From the NCBI RefSeq assembly GCF_050246775.1, contig NZ_JBFWVK010000001.1, positions 854,566 through 918,565 on the forward strand: 64,000 nucleotides of DNA, given 5' to 3'. Under the pieces are notes generated by a model, which had not been told where the DNA came from, searched no databases, and saw only the letters and a program-made list of their open reading frames with translations. The translations under genes were made by a program, and so were the position numbers. Below are positions 1 to 9,673 of the stretch, piece after piece. The stretch is from Nocardioides sp. (lineage in GTDB: Bacteria; Actinomycetota; Actinomycetes; Propionibacteriales; Nocardioidaceae). Positions within the stretch are counted from its first letter, which is position 1, and every line of letters starts with the position of its first letter.

Positions 1-1
1 G

Positions 2-175
2 CTGTTCTTCATCGCGTTCGTCCGCGACCCCGACACCCACTACATCCCGATGCAGAACCAGCTGTCCTCCCAGGACGGGCTGATGGAGTATCTGCAGCAC
101 ACCGGCTCCGGCCTGTTCGCGGTGCCGCCCGGCATCGCCGAGGGATCCTGGATCGGCGAGGCCCTGTTCGCCTGA
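2..175 (+). CDS. efeB: Dyp-type peroxidase (EfeB-like), C-terminal fragment truncated by the window start
   Basis: Frame 2 reads LFFIAFVRDPDTHYIPMQNQLSSQDGLMEYLQHTGSGLFAVPPG...GEALFA*, matching the C-terminus of EfeB/Dyp peroxidases (LFFIAF..., L.EY..H.GS..FA.PPG). Confidence 0.7.
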   Translation: MFFIAFVRDPDTHYIPMQNQLSSQDGLMEYLQHTGSGLFAVPPGIAEGSWIGEALFA

Positions 176-179
176 ACGT

Positions 180-1352
180 TCAGGTGATCGTCTCGAACCG
201 GATTCCGGTCGCCTGGAGCCGGGCGGTGAGGTTCTCCCCCATCGCCACCGCCGTGGTCACCTGCCCGGAGGTCACGGGATTGGTGTCGTAGGCCAGGCAC
301 AGAGCCGACTCGGCCAGCATCTTGGCCGTCTCGGTGTAGCCCGGGTCTCCCCCGGAGACCTTGGTGTGCACGGTGCGTCCCTCGGACTCCCCGATGAAGT
401 CGACCGAGAACCAGGACTTCTTGCGTCGTGCCTCATCGGGCCCCTCCCCCTGGGGGACCCGCTTGAGCAGTGCCCGCCGCAGCGGTGGCACCTGCGCAGC
501 GGCGAACAGCCCGGCGACCGAGACGACCGCGCCCGCGGCGACGGGCAACCGGCGTACGCCGGCGAAGTGGGAGTAGCGGAACGACGGACCGTACGCCGCC
601 AGCGCGGCGCCGGAGCGCGCCACGACCTGCGGGTCGATGGTCGGCAGCGGCAGCAGCCAGAGCCCCAGGTCCGGGTCCTTGTGCGGCTTGCCGGAGACCG
701 CTCGTGAGGACCGCCCTTCGGGGCGCGGCTCGACCTTCAGCCGTTGGCGGAAGGTCTGCTGTCCCTGCTTGACCCTCGAGAAGGCCCCGAGCGCGGAGTG
801 GAAGGTGCCGCCCGAGAACGTGCCGCTGGCCCGGACCACACCACGCAGGGTGACCGGCCCGGTGGGGGCGAGGTGGGTGATGGCGTGCAGGGCGCCGAGG
901 TCGTGTGGGATGGAGTCGAACCCGCAGGCGTGCACCAGCCGGGCCCCCGAGGACACCGCGGTGGCGTGATGGGCCAGGTACATCCGGTCCACGAACTCCG
1001 GCTCCCCGGTCAGGTCGACGTAGTCCGTGCCGTGGGCCGCACAGGCGGCGACCAGCGGTTCGCCGTACTGCAGGTAGGGCCCGACCGTCGTGATCACCAC
1101 CCGGGATCGCGCCGCCACGGCGTCCAGGGTTGCCGGGTCGGTGGTGTCGGCGTGCAGCAGCTCCATGACCTCCAGCCGCGGATCGATGGCCGCCAGGGAG
1201 TTGCGAACCGCCTCGAGCTTGCTCGGCGTGCGGCCCGCGAGGGCCCAGCGGAGGTTGGCCGGGGCATGGCGGGCGAGGTACGCCGCGGTCAGGGCGCCGG
1301 TGAAGCCGGTCGCCCCGAAGACGACCAGGTCGAAGTCACGTTGCTTGCTCAT
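180..1352 (-). CDS. Saccharopine dehydrogenase-like / trans-acting enoyl reductase family NAD(P)-binding oxidoreductase
   Basis: MSKQRDFDLVVFGATGFTG Rossmann motif, TTVGPY, YVDLTGE, CGFDSIPHDLG, GDPGYTETAKML; true start taken at ATG 1352 inside a longer ORF. Confidence 0.85.
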   Translation of the reverse strand: MSKQRDFDLVVFGATGFTGALTAAYLARHAPANLRWALAGRTPSKLEAVRNSLAAIDPRLEVMELLHADTTDPATLDAVAARSRVVITTVGPYLQYGEPLVAACAAHGTDYVDLTGEPEFVDRMYLAHHATAVSSGARLVHACGFDSIPHDLGALHAITHLAPTGPVTLRGVVRASGTFSGGTFHSALGAFSRVKQGQQTFRQRLKVEPRPEGRSSRAVSGKPHKDPDLGLWLLPLPTIDPQVVARSGAALAAYGPSFRYSHFAGVRRLPVAAGAVVSVAGLFAAAQVPPLRRALLKRVPQGEGPDEARRKKSWFSVDFIGESEGRTVHTKVSGGDPGYTETAKMLAESALCLAYDTNPVTSGQVTTAVAMGENLTARLQATGIRFETIT

Positions 1353-1392
1353 GACCTGAGTCTCCCCCATGCACCGACGTAGGCTTGTTGCC

Positions 1393-1659
1393 ATGTGCCG
1401 CAACATCCGACCGCTGAACAACTTCGAGCCGCCAGCCACCGGTGACGAGGTCACGGCCGCTGCACTGCAATATGTGCGCAAGGTCAGTGGGACCGCCAAG
1501 CCGTCCCAGGCCAACCAGGCCGCCTTCGACCGGGCGGTGGCCGAGATCGCCCATGTCACCGCACACCTGCTCGACGACCTCGTCACGACGGCCCCGCCCA
1601 AGGACCGCGCCGTCGAGGCCGCGAAGGCTCGAGCCCGAGCCCAGGCGAGATACGCGTAG
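1393..1659 (+). CDS. DUF2277 family small protein
   Basis: MCRNIRPLNNFEPPAT.DEV.AAALQYVRKVSG signature. Confidence 0.8.
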   Translation: MCRNIRPLNNFEPPATGDEVTAAALQYVRKVSGTAKPSQANQAAFDRAVAEIAHVTAHLLDDLVTTAPPKDRAVEAAKARARAQARYA

Positions 1660-2501
1660 TGGTCCAGGCGAGCATCGAGGACGCCCTCGCCCTCATCGCG
1701 GACCGACCGCTGGTCGTCCTCACGGGCGCCGGGCTCTCCACGGACTCCGGCATCCCGGACTATCGCGGACCCAACGCGCCATCGCGCCGTCCCATGACCT
1801 ACCAGGAGTTCATGTCGGGTCCGCTGCCGCGGCAGCGCTACTGGGCGCGCAGCCACCTCGGCTGGGGTCGGATGCGGCGTGCCGACCCGAACGCCGGCCA
1901 CCGCTCGCTCGCGGAGCTCAGCGGCATCGACCTCCTCATCACCCAGAACGTCGACGGCCTGCACGAGCAGGCCGGCCAGCCCGAGCTCGTGGCGCTGCAC
2001 GGGCGCATCGCCGACGTCATCTGCATGACGTGTCGCACGAGCACGACGCGCGCCGCCCTCGAGCATCGCCTGGCCGAGCTCAACCCGTCGTACGCCGAGC
2101 GGCACCCCGAGGTCGCCGAGCGCCCCGACGGCGACGTGGAGCTCGACGACACCGCCGACTTCGTCGTCGCCGACTGCTCGGCCTGCGGGGGCATCCTGAA
2201 GCCTGATCTGGTGTTCTTCGGGGAGAACGTCCCCGCGCCCCGCGTCGAGCGCTGCTATGCAGCCGTCGACGCGCTGGCCGCCCGCGACGGCGTCCTGCTG
2301 GTGGTGGGGTCCTCGCTCACCGTGATGAGCGGGCTGCGGTTCCCCAGACGGGCCGCTCGCAACGGCACTCCGGTGGTGATCGTGAATCGGGGAGCCACCC
2401 GCGGCGACGAGCTGGCCGCCATCAAGCTGGAGGTGGGCTGCAGCGAGTTCCTCACCGTGCTGACCGCGAGCCGGTCGATCACCGCACCCGCCGCGATCTA
2501 G
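1659..2501 (+). CDS. NAD-dependent protein deacylase, sirtuin (Sir2 family, class II/SIRT4-like)
   Basis: GAGLSTDSGIPDYRG, YWARS..GW, PNAGH, ITQNVDGLH, LHG, CxxC...CxxC zinc site, LKPDLVFFGE, GSSL. Confidence 0.92.
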   Translation: MVQASIEDALALIADRPLVVLTGAGLSTDSGIPDYRGPNAPSRRPMTYQEFMSGPLPRQRYWARSHLGWGRMRRADPNAGHRSLAELSGIDLLITQNVDGLHEQAGQPELVALHGRIADVICMTCRTSTTRAALEHRLAELNPSYAERHPEVAERPDGDVELDDTADFVVADCSACGGILKPDLVFFGENVPAPRVERCYAAVDALAARDGVLLVVGSSLTVMSGLRFPRRAARNGTPVVIVNRGATRGDELAAIKLEVGCSEFLTVLTASRSITAPAAI

Positions 2502-2926
2502 CGCGTGTAGACACCTTCGGGCGTCTCCAGCTCGACCGGGCCGCCGTCGTCGGACAGCGTGATGGTCCGGTCCCCGAACCGGACGCGATGCTCGACGATG
2601 TCGACCCTGCGAGGCTCCTCCCCGTGCCGGCCGGCCCGCCACGAGCCCCTCCGGCCGTACCACCAGAGGGTCGCGTCGTCGTCCTCCACGAAGTAGTCCG
2701 TCGTGTAGTCCCCGCCCAGCCTCCAGGTCAACGCGGAGGCGTTGGTGCCGTCCATGGAATAGGTCTCGTCGACGTAGATCAGGACCAGCTCCCCACCCGG
2801 ACCGTCGAAGGGGATCGCGTCGCCGGGCACCATGCCCAGCCAGGTCCGGCCCGGCTCGTCAGGAGGCGGCGGCGTGGAGGAGCAGCCGGTCAGCAGGAGG
2901 ACGAGCAGGGCGACGGCCAGCTTCAC
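2498..2926 (-). CDS. Hypothetical lipoprotein
   Basis: N-terminal MKLAVALLVLLLTGC lipobox; no recognisable catalytic family. Confidence 0.6.
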   Translation of the reverse strand: MKLAVALLVLLLTGCSSTPPPPDEPGRTWLGMVPGDAIPFDGPGGELVLIYVDETYSMDGTNASALTWRLGGDYTTDYFVEDDDATLWWYGRRGSWRAGRHGEEPRRVDIVEHRVRFGDRTITLSDDGGPVELETPEGVYTR

Positions 2927-2977
2927 GACGCCATCATCGCAGGGAACCGCGCCGGGTCGCCCGGACGCGGTCGCGCC

Positions 2978-3664
2978 TCAGAGGCGGCGTACGAAGATGT
3001 GCTCAGCGGCCTCGGTGTCGATCTCGGCGGTCTCGCCGCCCGAACCGATCAGGACCCCCTCGGCCGTGCGCGCGATCGTGACGGTCTTGTCGGGCGTCGC
3101 ACCGACCCGTCGCAACGCACTCATCAGGGGCTCGTCCTTCTGCATCTCCTCGGAGATGCGGCGCACCAGGACCCGCGACTGCTCGCCCGTGGCAGCGGAG
3201 GCGAGCGACTCGACCCCGTCCATGAAGCGTTCGCCGACCTCATGGGCACCGAGCTCGTCGAGGCCCGGGATGGGGTTGCCGTAGGGCGACTCGGTGGGGT
3301 GGTCCAGGAGCTCGAGGAGTCGCCGCTCCACGGTCTCGGACATCACGTGCTCCCAGCGGCAGGCCTCCTCGTGCACCAGCTCCCAGTCCAGGCCGATCAC
3401 GTCGATGAGCAACCGTTCGGCGAGCCGGTGCTTGCGCATCACCCGGGTCGCGAGCCGATGGCCCTCCTCGGTGAGCTGCAGGTGGCGATCACCTTCGACG
3501 GTCAGCAGACCATCGCGCTCCATCCGCGCCACGGTCTGGCTCACGGTGGGTCCGCTCTGGTGCAGCCGCTCGGCGATGCGGGCGCGCAGCGGCGTGATGC
3601 CCTCCTCCACCAGCTCGTAGATGGTGCGCAGGTACATCTCGGTGGTGTCGATGAGATCGCTCAC
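2978..3664 (-). CDS. ideR: Iron-dependent repressor IdeR/DtxR family
   Basis: MSDLIDTTEMYLRTIYEL, RARIAERL.QSGPTVSQTVARMERDG, MRKHRLAERLL, VHEEACRWEHVMS, SPYGNPIPG. Confidence 0.93.
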   Translation of the reverse strand: MSDLIDTTEMYLRTIYELVEEGITPLRARIAERLHQSGPTVSQTVARMERDGLLTVEGDRHLQLTEEGHRLATRVMRKHRLAERLLIDVIGLDWELVHEEACRWEHVMSETVERRLLELLDHPTESPYGNPIPGLDELGAHEVGERFMDGVESLASAATGEQSRVLVRRISEEMQKDEPLMSALRRVGATPDKTVTIARTAEGVLIGSGGETAEIDTEAAEHIFVRRL

Positions 3665-3711
3665 CGGCCCATTCTTACCTATCGAGGGTCACGCTGGCAG
3701 AGTGGAGGGTG

Positions 3712-5061
3712 ATGCCTTCACACAACGCTCCTGGCAACGCCGTCATGTGGTTTCGCCGCGACCTCCGCCTCGGGGACAACCCGGCTCTGCTCGAGGCCTG
3801 CTCGGCCGACGGGGTGCTGCCGTTGTTCGTGCTGGATCCGGCCCTGTGGGATCCCGCCGGGGCGCCCCGCCGGGCCTACCTCGCTGCCTCCCTCCACGCC
3901 CTGGACACCTCGCTGCACCGCCACCACGCCTCACTGTCGGTGCTCCACGGCGATCCTGTGGAGATGGTCGTCCGAGCCGCCCGCACCGTCGGCGCCGGGC
4001 AGGTGCACATCGCGGCCGACTACGGCCCCTACGGCCACCGACGCGACGCGGCCGTCGAGGAGGCGCTGGGCGAGCACGGCATCGACCTGGTGCGGACCGG
4101 ATCCCCCTACGCCGTGGCCCCGGGGCGGGTGTTCAACGGTTCCGGGCAGCCCTACAAGGTCTACACCCCGTTCTCCAAGGCCTGGATGGAGCACGGCTGG
4201 CGGGCGCCCGTCGACCCACCCGCAGGAGCCCATTGGCTCTCCCTCGACGAGACCGTCGCGATCCCGGTCGTCGAGGTCCCCGACGGACTCGAGCTCCCCG
4301 ATGCCGGCGAGGCAAGCGCCCGGGCCCGCTGGGAGGCCTACCTGACCGACGGTCTCGACGACCACGACACCGGGCGCGACCGCCCCGACCAGGACCGCAC
4401 CTCGCGGATGTCGGTGCATCTGAAGTGGGGTGAGATCCACCCCCGCACGATGCTGGCCGATCTGGCCTCGAGGCGGAGCAGGGCGGCCGCGACCTACCGC
4501 AAGGAGCTGGCCTGGCGCGAGTTCTACGCCGACGTGCTGTTCCACCACCCCCAGAGCGCGAGGGAGTACCTGCGACCCGAGTTCGCGGCCATGACGTACG
4601 ACGAGCCGGGCGCGGCGCTCGACGCCTGGCGGGAGGGCCGCACCGGCTACCCGATCGTCGACGCCGGGATGCGCCAGCTGCGAGCCACCGGCTGGATGCA
4701 CAACCGGGTCCGGATGATCGTGGCGAGCTTCCTGGTCAAGGACCTCCACCTGGAGTGGCAGCACGGCGCCCGCCACTTCATGGGGTGGCTGGTCGACGGT
4801 GACCTGGCGTCCAACCAGCACGGCTGGCAGTGGACGGCCGGGTGCGGCACCGACGCGGCGCCGTACTTCCGCGTCTTCAACCCGACCTCGCAGGGCCGCA
4901 AGTTCGACCCGCAGGGCACCTACGTCCGACGCTGGGTTCCGGAGTTGGCCGACGTACAGGACCCGCACGAGCCCGGTCCCGTGGGCGACTACCCGGCCCC
5001 GATCGTCGTACACGCCGAGGAGCGGCTGGAGGCACTGGCCAGATGGGAGCAGATCCGATGA
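3712..5061 (+). CDS. phrB: Deoxyribodipyrimidine photolyase
   Basis: WFRRDLRLGDNPAL, TSRMSVHLKWGEI, ELAWREFY, GRTGYPIVDAGMRQL..TGWMHNRVRM, VDGDLASN.HGWQW.AG.GTDAAPYFRVFNP. Confidence 0.92.
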   Translation: MPSHNAPGNAVMWFRRDLRLGDNPALLEACSADGVLPLFVLDPALWDPAGAPRRAYLAASLHALDTSLHRHHASLSVLHGDPVEMVVRAARTVGAGQVHIAADYGPYGHRRDAAVEEALGEHGIDLVRTGSPYAVAPGRVFNGSGQPYKVYTPFSKAWMEHGWRAPVDPPAGAHWLSLDETVAIPVVEVPDGLELPDAGEASARARWEAYLTDGLDDHDTGRDRPDQDRTSRMSVHLKWGEIHPRTMLADLASRRSRAAATYRKELAWREFYADVLFHHPQSAREYLRPEFAAMTYDEPGAALDAWREGRTGYPIVDAGMRQLRATGWMHNRVRMIVASFLVKDLHLEWQHGARHFMGWLVDGDLASNQHGWQWTAGCGTDAAPYFRVFNPTSQGRKFDPQGTYVRRWVPELADVQDPHEPGPVGDYPAPIVVHAEERLEALARWEQIR

Positions 5062-5831
5062 GCGCAGAGGTGACGGGCCGGTTGCTGGTGCCGAGCCGGT
5101 TCCGGGGACCCGCAAGATCCGGCAACGGTGGCTGGACCGCGGGGTCGCTGGCCGCCCTGATCCAGGGGTGCCCCAGTGACCATGGTGACAACTGGCCGGT
5201 GGTCCAGGTGACGCTGCGCAAACCACCGCCACTCGATGTCGAGCTCCCGGTGACCAGCACGGCCACCAGCGCCAGCTCGGAGGTCGGGGAGGCCGTGGTG
5301 GTCGACCGCGAACCGCACATCGTGGATGGAGTCAGCGAGGCGGACGCAAGGGCGGCGCAGGCGACGTACCCGGGACTCACCTCCCATCCGTTCCCCACCT
5401 GTTTCGCCTGCGGCACCGGGCGTGAGCCGGGCGACGGGCTGCGGATCTTCCCCGGCCGGGTCGCCGATGCCCCGGACGGCAGTCAGCGGGTGGCAGCGAC
5501 CTGGACGCCGGACCCGAGTGTCGAGGAGGACTTCCACGAGTACGTCGACGCCGTGCCGCGGGCCTCGCTGCCGGTGACCTGGGCGGCGCTGGACTGCGTG
5601 GGCGGCTGGGCCGGCGACCTCACGGATCGGCTCATGGTCCTGGGCCGCATGACCGCCCTGGTCGATGCCCTGCCCGCGATCGGCGAGACCCACGTCGTGG
5701 TGGGTCAGCGCCTCGGCAGCGAGGGGCGCAAGACGTTCACGGCGGCCACGTTGTACGACGCCGACGAGCGGATCGTGGCACGCGCCGAGCACACCTGGAT
5801 CGCGGTGGACCCCGCCGCTTTCAATGGCTGA
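5058..5831 (+). CDS. Double hotdog-fold / thioesterase-like hypothetical protein
   Basis: F.GP..SGNGG..AG N-terminus, HPFPTCFACG, WAALDC.GG, LGRM, GRK.F.A..L; ATGA overlap with the photolyase stop. Confidence 0.65.
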   Translation: MSAEVTGRLLVPSRFRGPARSGNGGWTAGSLAALIQGCPSDHGDNWPVVQVTLRKPPPLDVELPVTSTATSASSEVGEAVVVDREPHIVDGVSEADARAAQATYPGLTSHPFPTCFACGTGREPGDGLRIFPGRVADAPDGSQRVAATWTPDPSVEEDFHEYVDAVPRASLPVTWAALDCVGGWAGDLTDRLMVLGRMTALVDALPAIGETHVVVGQRLGSEGRKTFTAATLYDADERIVARAEHTWIAVDPAAFNG

Positions 5832-5846
5832 GGGACCTGTGGAATC

Positions 5847-7427
5847 ATGAACGCCATGTCGAATTTTAACGATCCAAAGTGGTGGCGCCAAGCGGTCGTC
5901 TACCAGATCTACATCCGCTCCTTCGCCGACGGCGACGGCCAGGGCCTGGGCGACATGGCCGGCATCACCGCGCGGCTTCCCCACCTGGCGGAGCTGGGCG
6001 TCGACGCGATCTGGCTCACGCCGTTCTACACCTCGCCGCAGCACGACCACGGCTACGACGTGGCCGACTACCTCGACGTGGATCCGCGATTCGGCACCCT
6101 GGACGACTTCGACACCATGCTGGGTGCCGCCCACGACCTGGGCATCAGAGTCATCGTGGACATCGTGCCCAACCACAGCTCCGACGAGCACGTCTGGTTC
6201 CAAGCCGCCCTTGAGGCAGCACCAGGCAGCGCCGAGCGCGCCCGCTACCTCTTCCGCGACGGCCGTGGGACCGACGGAGAGCTGCCTCCCAACAACTGGC
6301 AGTCCATCTTCGGCGGCCCGGCGTGGACCCGGGTGCCGGACGGACAGTGGTACCTGCACCTCTTCGACCGGACCCAGCCCGACTTCGACTGGCGCAACCC
6401 CGAGGTCGGCGACATGTTCGAGGACGTCCTGCGCTTCTGGCTCGACCGTGGCGTCGACGGGTTCCGGATCGACGTGGCGCACGGCCTGTTCAAGGAGGCC
6501 ACGCTGCGCGACCAGGTCATCACCGAGGTGCCCGAGCACAGCGCCGACTCGGCGATGGTCGAGCGCCAGCAGGCCGACGAGCCGATGTGGGACCAACCCG
6601 AGGTGCACGACGTCTACCGTCGCTGGCACAAGATCCTGGAGTCCTACCCGGGTGACCGGATGGCCGTCGCCGAGGCCTGGACCTCCACCGCCGCCTCCAT
6701 GGCCCGCTTCATCCGACCCGACGAGCTGCAGCAGACCTTCAACTTCAACTGGCTGCTGGCGCCCTGGTCGGCGGAGTCGTTCGCCGAGGTCATCACCGAC
6801 ACGCTGTCCCACGTGGCGATCGTCGGGGCCACCCCGACCTGGGTGCTCAGCAACCACGACGTCGTACGGCACGCCACTCGCTACGGCGGCGGGCCGGTCG
6901 GGGTCGCGCGCGCCCGCGCCGCGACCATGGCGATGCTCGCCCTGCCCGGCTCGGCGTACCTCTACCAGGGCGAGGAGCTCGGCCTGGAGCAGGTCGAGGT
7001 TCCGCAGGAGTTCTGGCAGGATCCCAGTGCCCTGACCACAGGCGTCGAGGGCCGCGACGGCTGCCGGGTGCCGATCCCGTGGAGCGGCCAGGTGCCTCCC
7101 TTCGGGTTCGGCCCCGGCAGCGGCCAGCCGTGGCTTCCACAGCCGCCGCACTGGGACGAGCTCACCGTGGAGGCGCAGGCAGCCGACCCGAGCTCGACCC
7201 TGTCGTTCTATCGACGCGCGCTCGCCGTACGCCGCGAAGCCGCCTTGCGGGCCGGTGACGAGGTCACGATCATCTCGAGCGACGACGATGTCCTGGTCTT
7301 CAGCCGCGGCGACCTGGTGTGCCATGTCAACTGCGGCTCCACCCCGGTCACCGTGCCGGCCGGTGAGGTGCTGCTGTGCAGCGGCGACATCCCAGGAGCA
7401 CCCGACACGGCCACCTGGCTGCGCTGA
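5847..7427 (+). CDS. GH13 alpha-glucosidase / oligo-1,6-glucosidase family
   Basis: WWRQAVVYQIYIRSFAD, GYDVADY, DIVPNHSS, GFRIDVAH (catalytic D), VAEAW, SNHDVVR, YQGEELG, RDGCRVPIPW. Confidence 0.92.
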   Translation: MNAMSNFNDPKWWRQAVVYQIYIRSFADGDGQGLGDMAGITARLPHLAELGVDAIWLTPFYTSPQHDHGYDVADYLDVDPRFGTLDDFDTMLGAAHDLGIRVIVDIVPNHSSDEHVWFQAALEAAPGSAERARYLFRDGRGTDGELPPNNWQSIFGGPAWTRVPDGQWYLHLFDRTQPDFDWRNPEVGDMFEDVLRFWLDRGVDGFRIDVAHGLFKEATLRDQVITEVPEHSADSAMVERQQADEPMWDQPEVHDVYRRWHKILESYPGDRMAVAEAWTSTAASMARFIRPDELQQTFNFNWLLAPWSAESFAEVITDTLSHVAIVGATPTWVLSNHDVVRHATRYGGGPVGVARARAATMAMLALPGSAYLYQGEELGLEQVEVPQEFWQDPSALTTGVEGRDGCRVPIPWSGQVPPFGFGPGSGQPWLPQPPHWDELTVEAQAADPSSTLSFYRRALAVRREAALRAGDEVTIISSDDDVLVFSRGDLVCHVNCGSTPVTVPAGEVLLCSGDIPGAPDTATWLR

Positions 7428-7430
7428 GGC

Positions 7431-7880
7431 TCAGTCCAGGCTGCGGTTGTAGCGCGACAGGGCGGCGACGAACGCCTCGAGCTCGTCGTCGTCCCAGTCG
7501 GCCAGCTTCTCTTCGAGGTTGCTGCGCCGCTGCTCGGCCATCACGGCCAGCCGGTCCCGCCCGTGCGTCGTGACCTGCAGCAGGCTCGCCCGTCCGTCCT
7601 CGGGGTCGGGCTCGCGACCGATGAGGCCGAGGTCGACCAGGTGCTGGACGTGGCGACTGATCGCGCCCTTGTCGATCCCCAGGGAGTCCACGACGTCGGC
7701 GGAGCGGGCCGGCCCGGCGTCCCCGAGGTAGCTCAACACGAGGAAGCCGGCGATCTGGAGCTCGGGGTCGACGGCCCGGGCGCGCTCGACGATGACCCGC
7801 CGGATGCGCCGGACCATGACGCCCATCTCCTGCTCGAGGGCCTGCAGGGTCTCGACCTTGTGACTGACGGAGGTGTTCAC
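7431..7880 (-). CDS. MarR family transcriptional regulator
   Basis: wHTH pattern IDKGAISRHV..LVDLGLI.REPDPEDGRA. Confidence 0.9.
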   Translation of the reverse strand: MNTSVSHKVETLQALEQEMGVMVRRIRRVIVERARAVDPELQIAGFLVLSYLGDAGPARSADVVDSLGIDKGAISRHVQHLVDLGLIGREPDPEDGRASLLQVTTHGRDRLAVMAEQRRSNLEEKLADWDDDELEAFVAALSRYNRSLD

Positions 7881-9517
7881 CGGACCTGCCCCTGCGTCGC
7901 GGCCTCGGCCAGCTCCTGGTCACTGAGCAGGGTGGTGCGCAACGGCACCTCCTTGATCAGCAGGACGCAGACCAGGGCGACCAGGGCGAAGGGTGTCACC
8001 ACCAGGAACACGTGGCCGGTGGCGACCCCGAAGGCTTCCTCGAAGACCGCGCGGACCGGGCCCGGCAGCGTGCTGAGATCGGGGATCGAGTGGCTGCTCT
8101 GGCTGTCGACCGGCACCCCGAGGGCGGCCAGGCCGCTCGACACCTTCGCTGCGACCTGGTGGCTCAGCACCGCACCGAGCGCGGACACACCGAGGGCGCC
8201 ACCCATCGATCGGAAGAAGGCGACCAGGGCACTGGCTGACCCCATGTCTGCCTGGGCCGCGTTGTTCTGCACCGCCAGGACCAGGTTCTGCATCGTGGCC
8301 CCCAGCCCCAGTCCGAGCACGGCCATGAACAGCCCGACGACGGCCAGGTTGGTGTGGGCGTCGATGGTGCTCAGCAGCACCATGCCGACGATCACCAGCA
8401 CCATGCCGCTGACCAGGAACTTCTTCCATCGGCCGGTGTCGGAGATGATCCGCCCGGTGACGATGCTGGAGACCAGCAGGCCGCCGACCATGGCGATCGA
8501 CATCAGGCCGGCGTGGGTCGGGCTCATGCCGCGGGCGAGCTGGAAGTACTGGCTCAGGTAGACCGTGGAGCCGAACATCGACAGCCCGATCATGATCGAC
8601 GCGGCGGTCGCCAGGCTCGTCGTACGGTCCTTGAAGAGGCGCAGCGGGATGATCGGCTCGCGGGCCACGTAGCCCTCGACGTACACGGTGGCGGCGAGGA
8701 GCACGATCCCGAGCCCGACCAGTGCAGCACTGACGGGTGAGACCCACGCGAAGTCGTTGCCGGCCAGCGAGACCCAGATGAGCAGGATCGAGACGCCACT
8801 CATCAGCAGGGTGGCGCCCAGGTAGTCGATGTGCACCTCACGCCGGATCACCGGGAGGTGCAGGGTCTTCTGGAGCACCCCGAAGGCTAGTACGGCGACA
8901 GGGATGCCCACGAAGAAGCACCAGCGCCAGCCGAGGCCCGGGGTGTCCACGATCAGGCCGCCGATGAGCGGTCCGCTGACGGTGGCCAGAGCGAAGACCG
9001 CGCCGAGGTAGCCGGAGTAGCGGCCTCGCTCGCGCGGTGTCACCATGCTGGCGATGACGACCTGGACCAGGGCGGTGAGGCCGCCGACGCCGAGGCCCTG
9101 GATGGCTCGGGCGCCGATCAGCACGCCCATCGAGCTGGCGAAGCCGGCGATGAGAGAGCCGACGACATAGATCGCGAGGGCCGTCTGCACCAGGAGCTTC
9201 TTGCTGAAGAGGTCCGCGAGCTTGCCCCAGATGGGCGTGGTGGCGGTCATGGTCAGCAGGGTGGCGACGATCACCCAGGTGTAGCCGGTCTGGCTGCCGT
9301 GGAGATCGGCGACGATGCTGGGCAGCGCGTTGGACACGACGGTGCTCGACAGCATGGCGACGAAGAGGGCGAGCAGCAGCCCCGAGAGGGCCTCGAGGAT
9401 CTCGCGGTGGGACATCGGCGCCCCGAGGCTCGGTGGTGTCTGGGCGACGCCGGCTCGGGAGGTGGGCCCAGGTGTGGGCACGGTGGTGGTCACGGAACTC
9501 CAATCAGGTGGTGCCAC
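7877..9517 (-). CDS. MFS multidrug efflux permease (DHA2, 14-TM)
   Basis: LFVAMLSSTVV..ALP, WGKLADLFSKK, RAIQGLG.GG, PRERGRY.G, GPLIGG, WRWCFF; start may be ATG 9415. Confidence 0.9.
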   Translation of the reverse strand: MAPPDWSSVTTTVPTPGPTSRAGVAQTPPSLGAPMSHREILEALSGLLLALFVAMLSSTVVSNALPSIVADLHGSQTGYTWVIVATLLTMTATTPIWGKLADLFSKKLLVQTALAIYVVGSLIAGFASSMGVLIGARAIQGLGVGGLTALVQVVIASMVTPRERGRYSGYLGAVFALATVSGPLIGGLIVDTPGLGWRWCFFVGIPVAVLAFGVLQKTLHLPVIRREVHIDYLGATLLMSGVSILLIWVSLAGNDFAWVSPVSAALVGLGIVLLAATVYVEGYVAREPIIPLRLFKDRTTSLATAASIMIGLSMFGSTVYLSQYFQLARGMSPTHAGLMSIAMVGGLLVSSIVTGRIISDTGRWKKFLVSGMVLVIVGMVLLSTIDAHTNLAVVGLFMAVLGLGLGATMQNLVLAVQNNAAQADMGSASALVAFFRSMGGALGVSALGAVLSHQVAAKVSSGLAALGVPVDSQSSHSIPDLSTLPGPVRAVFEEAFGVATGHVFLVVTPFALVALVCVLLIKEVPLRTTLLSDQELAEAATQGQVR

Positions 9518-9533
9518 GAGAGTAGAACTTATT

Positions 9534-9550
9534 AGTTGTTAGTTGCAACT
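9534..9550. promoter_or_regulatory. Candidate MarR operator upstream of the MFS-marR operon
   Basis: AT-rich AGTTG-N7-CAACT containing the perfect palindrome AGTTGCAACT (9541-9550), just upstream of the MFS start. Confidence 0.5.
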
Positions 9551-9573
9551 TCTTGGTTCGCCTGAATATTCCG

Positions 9574-9602
9574 TTGCCCGCGACCGGGAAGCGTCGTACT
9601 CT
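9574..9602 (+). promoter_or_regulatory. Sigma-A type promoter for an orphan + strand transcript
   Basis: TTGCCC (9574-9579)-N17-TACTCT (9597-9602); predicted TSS about 9609. Confidence 0.6.
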
Positions 9603-9634
9603 CGAAGGACACGTGAGAGGAGGTGGTCCGTTCA

Positions 9635-9673
9635 ATGATTTCGTTGTGGACTCGTGAGGTGGCTGCCCGCTAA
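9635..9673 (+). CDS. Candidate 12-aa small ORF MISLWTREVAAR
   Basis: ATG at 9635 preceded by GGAGGT (9619-9624), TAA at 9671-9673; too short for the ORF track. Confidence 0.45.
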   Translation: MISLWTREVAAR

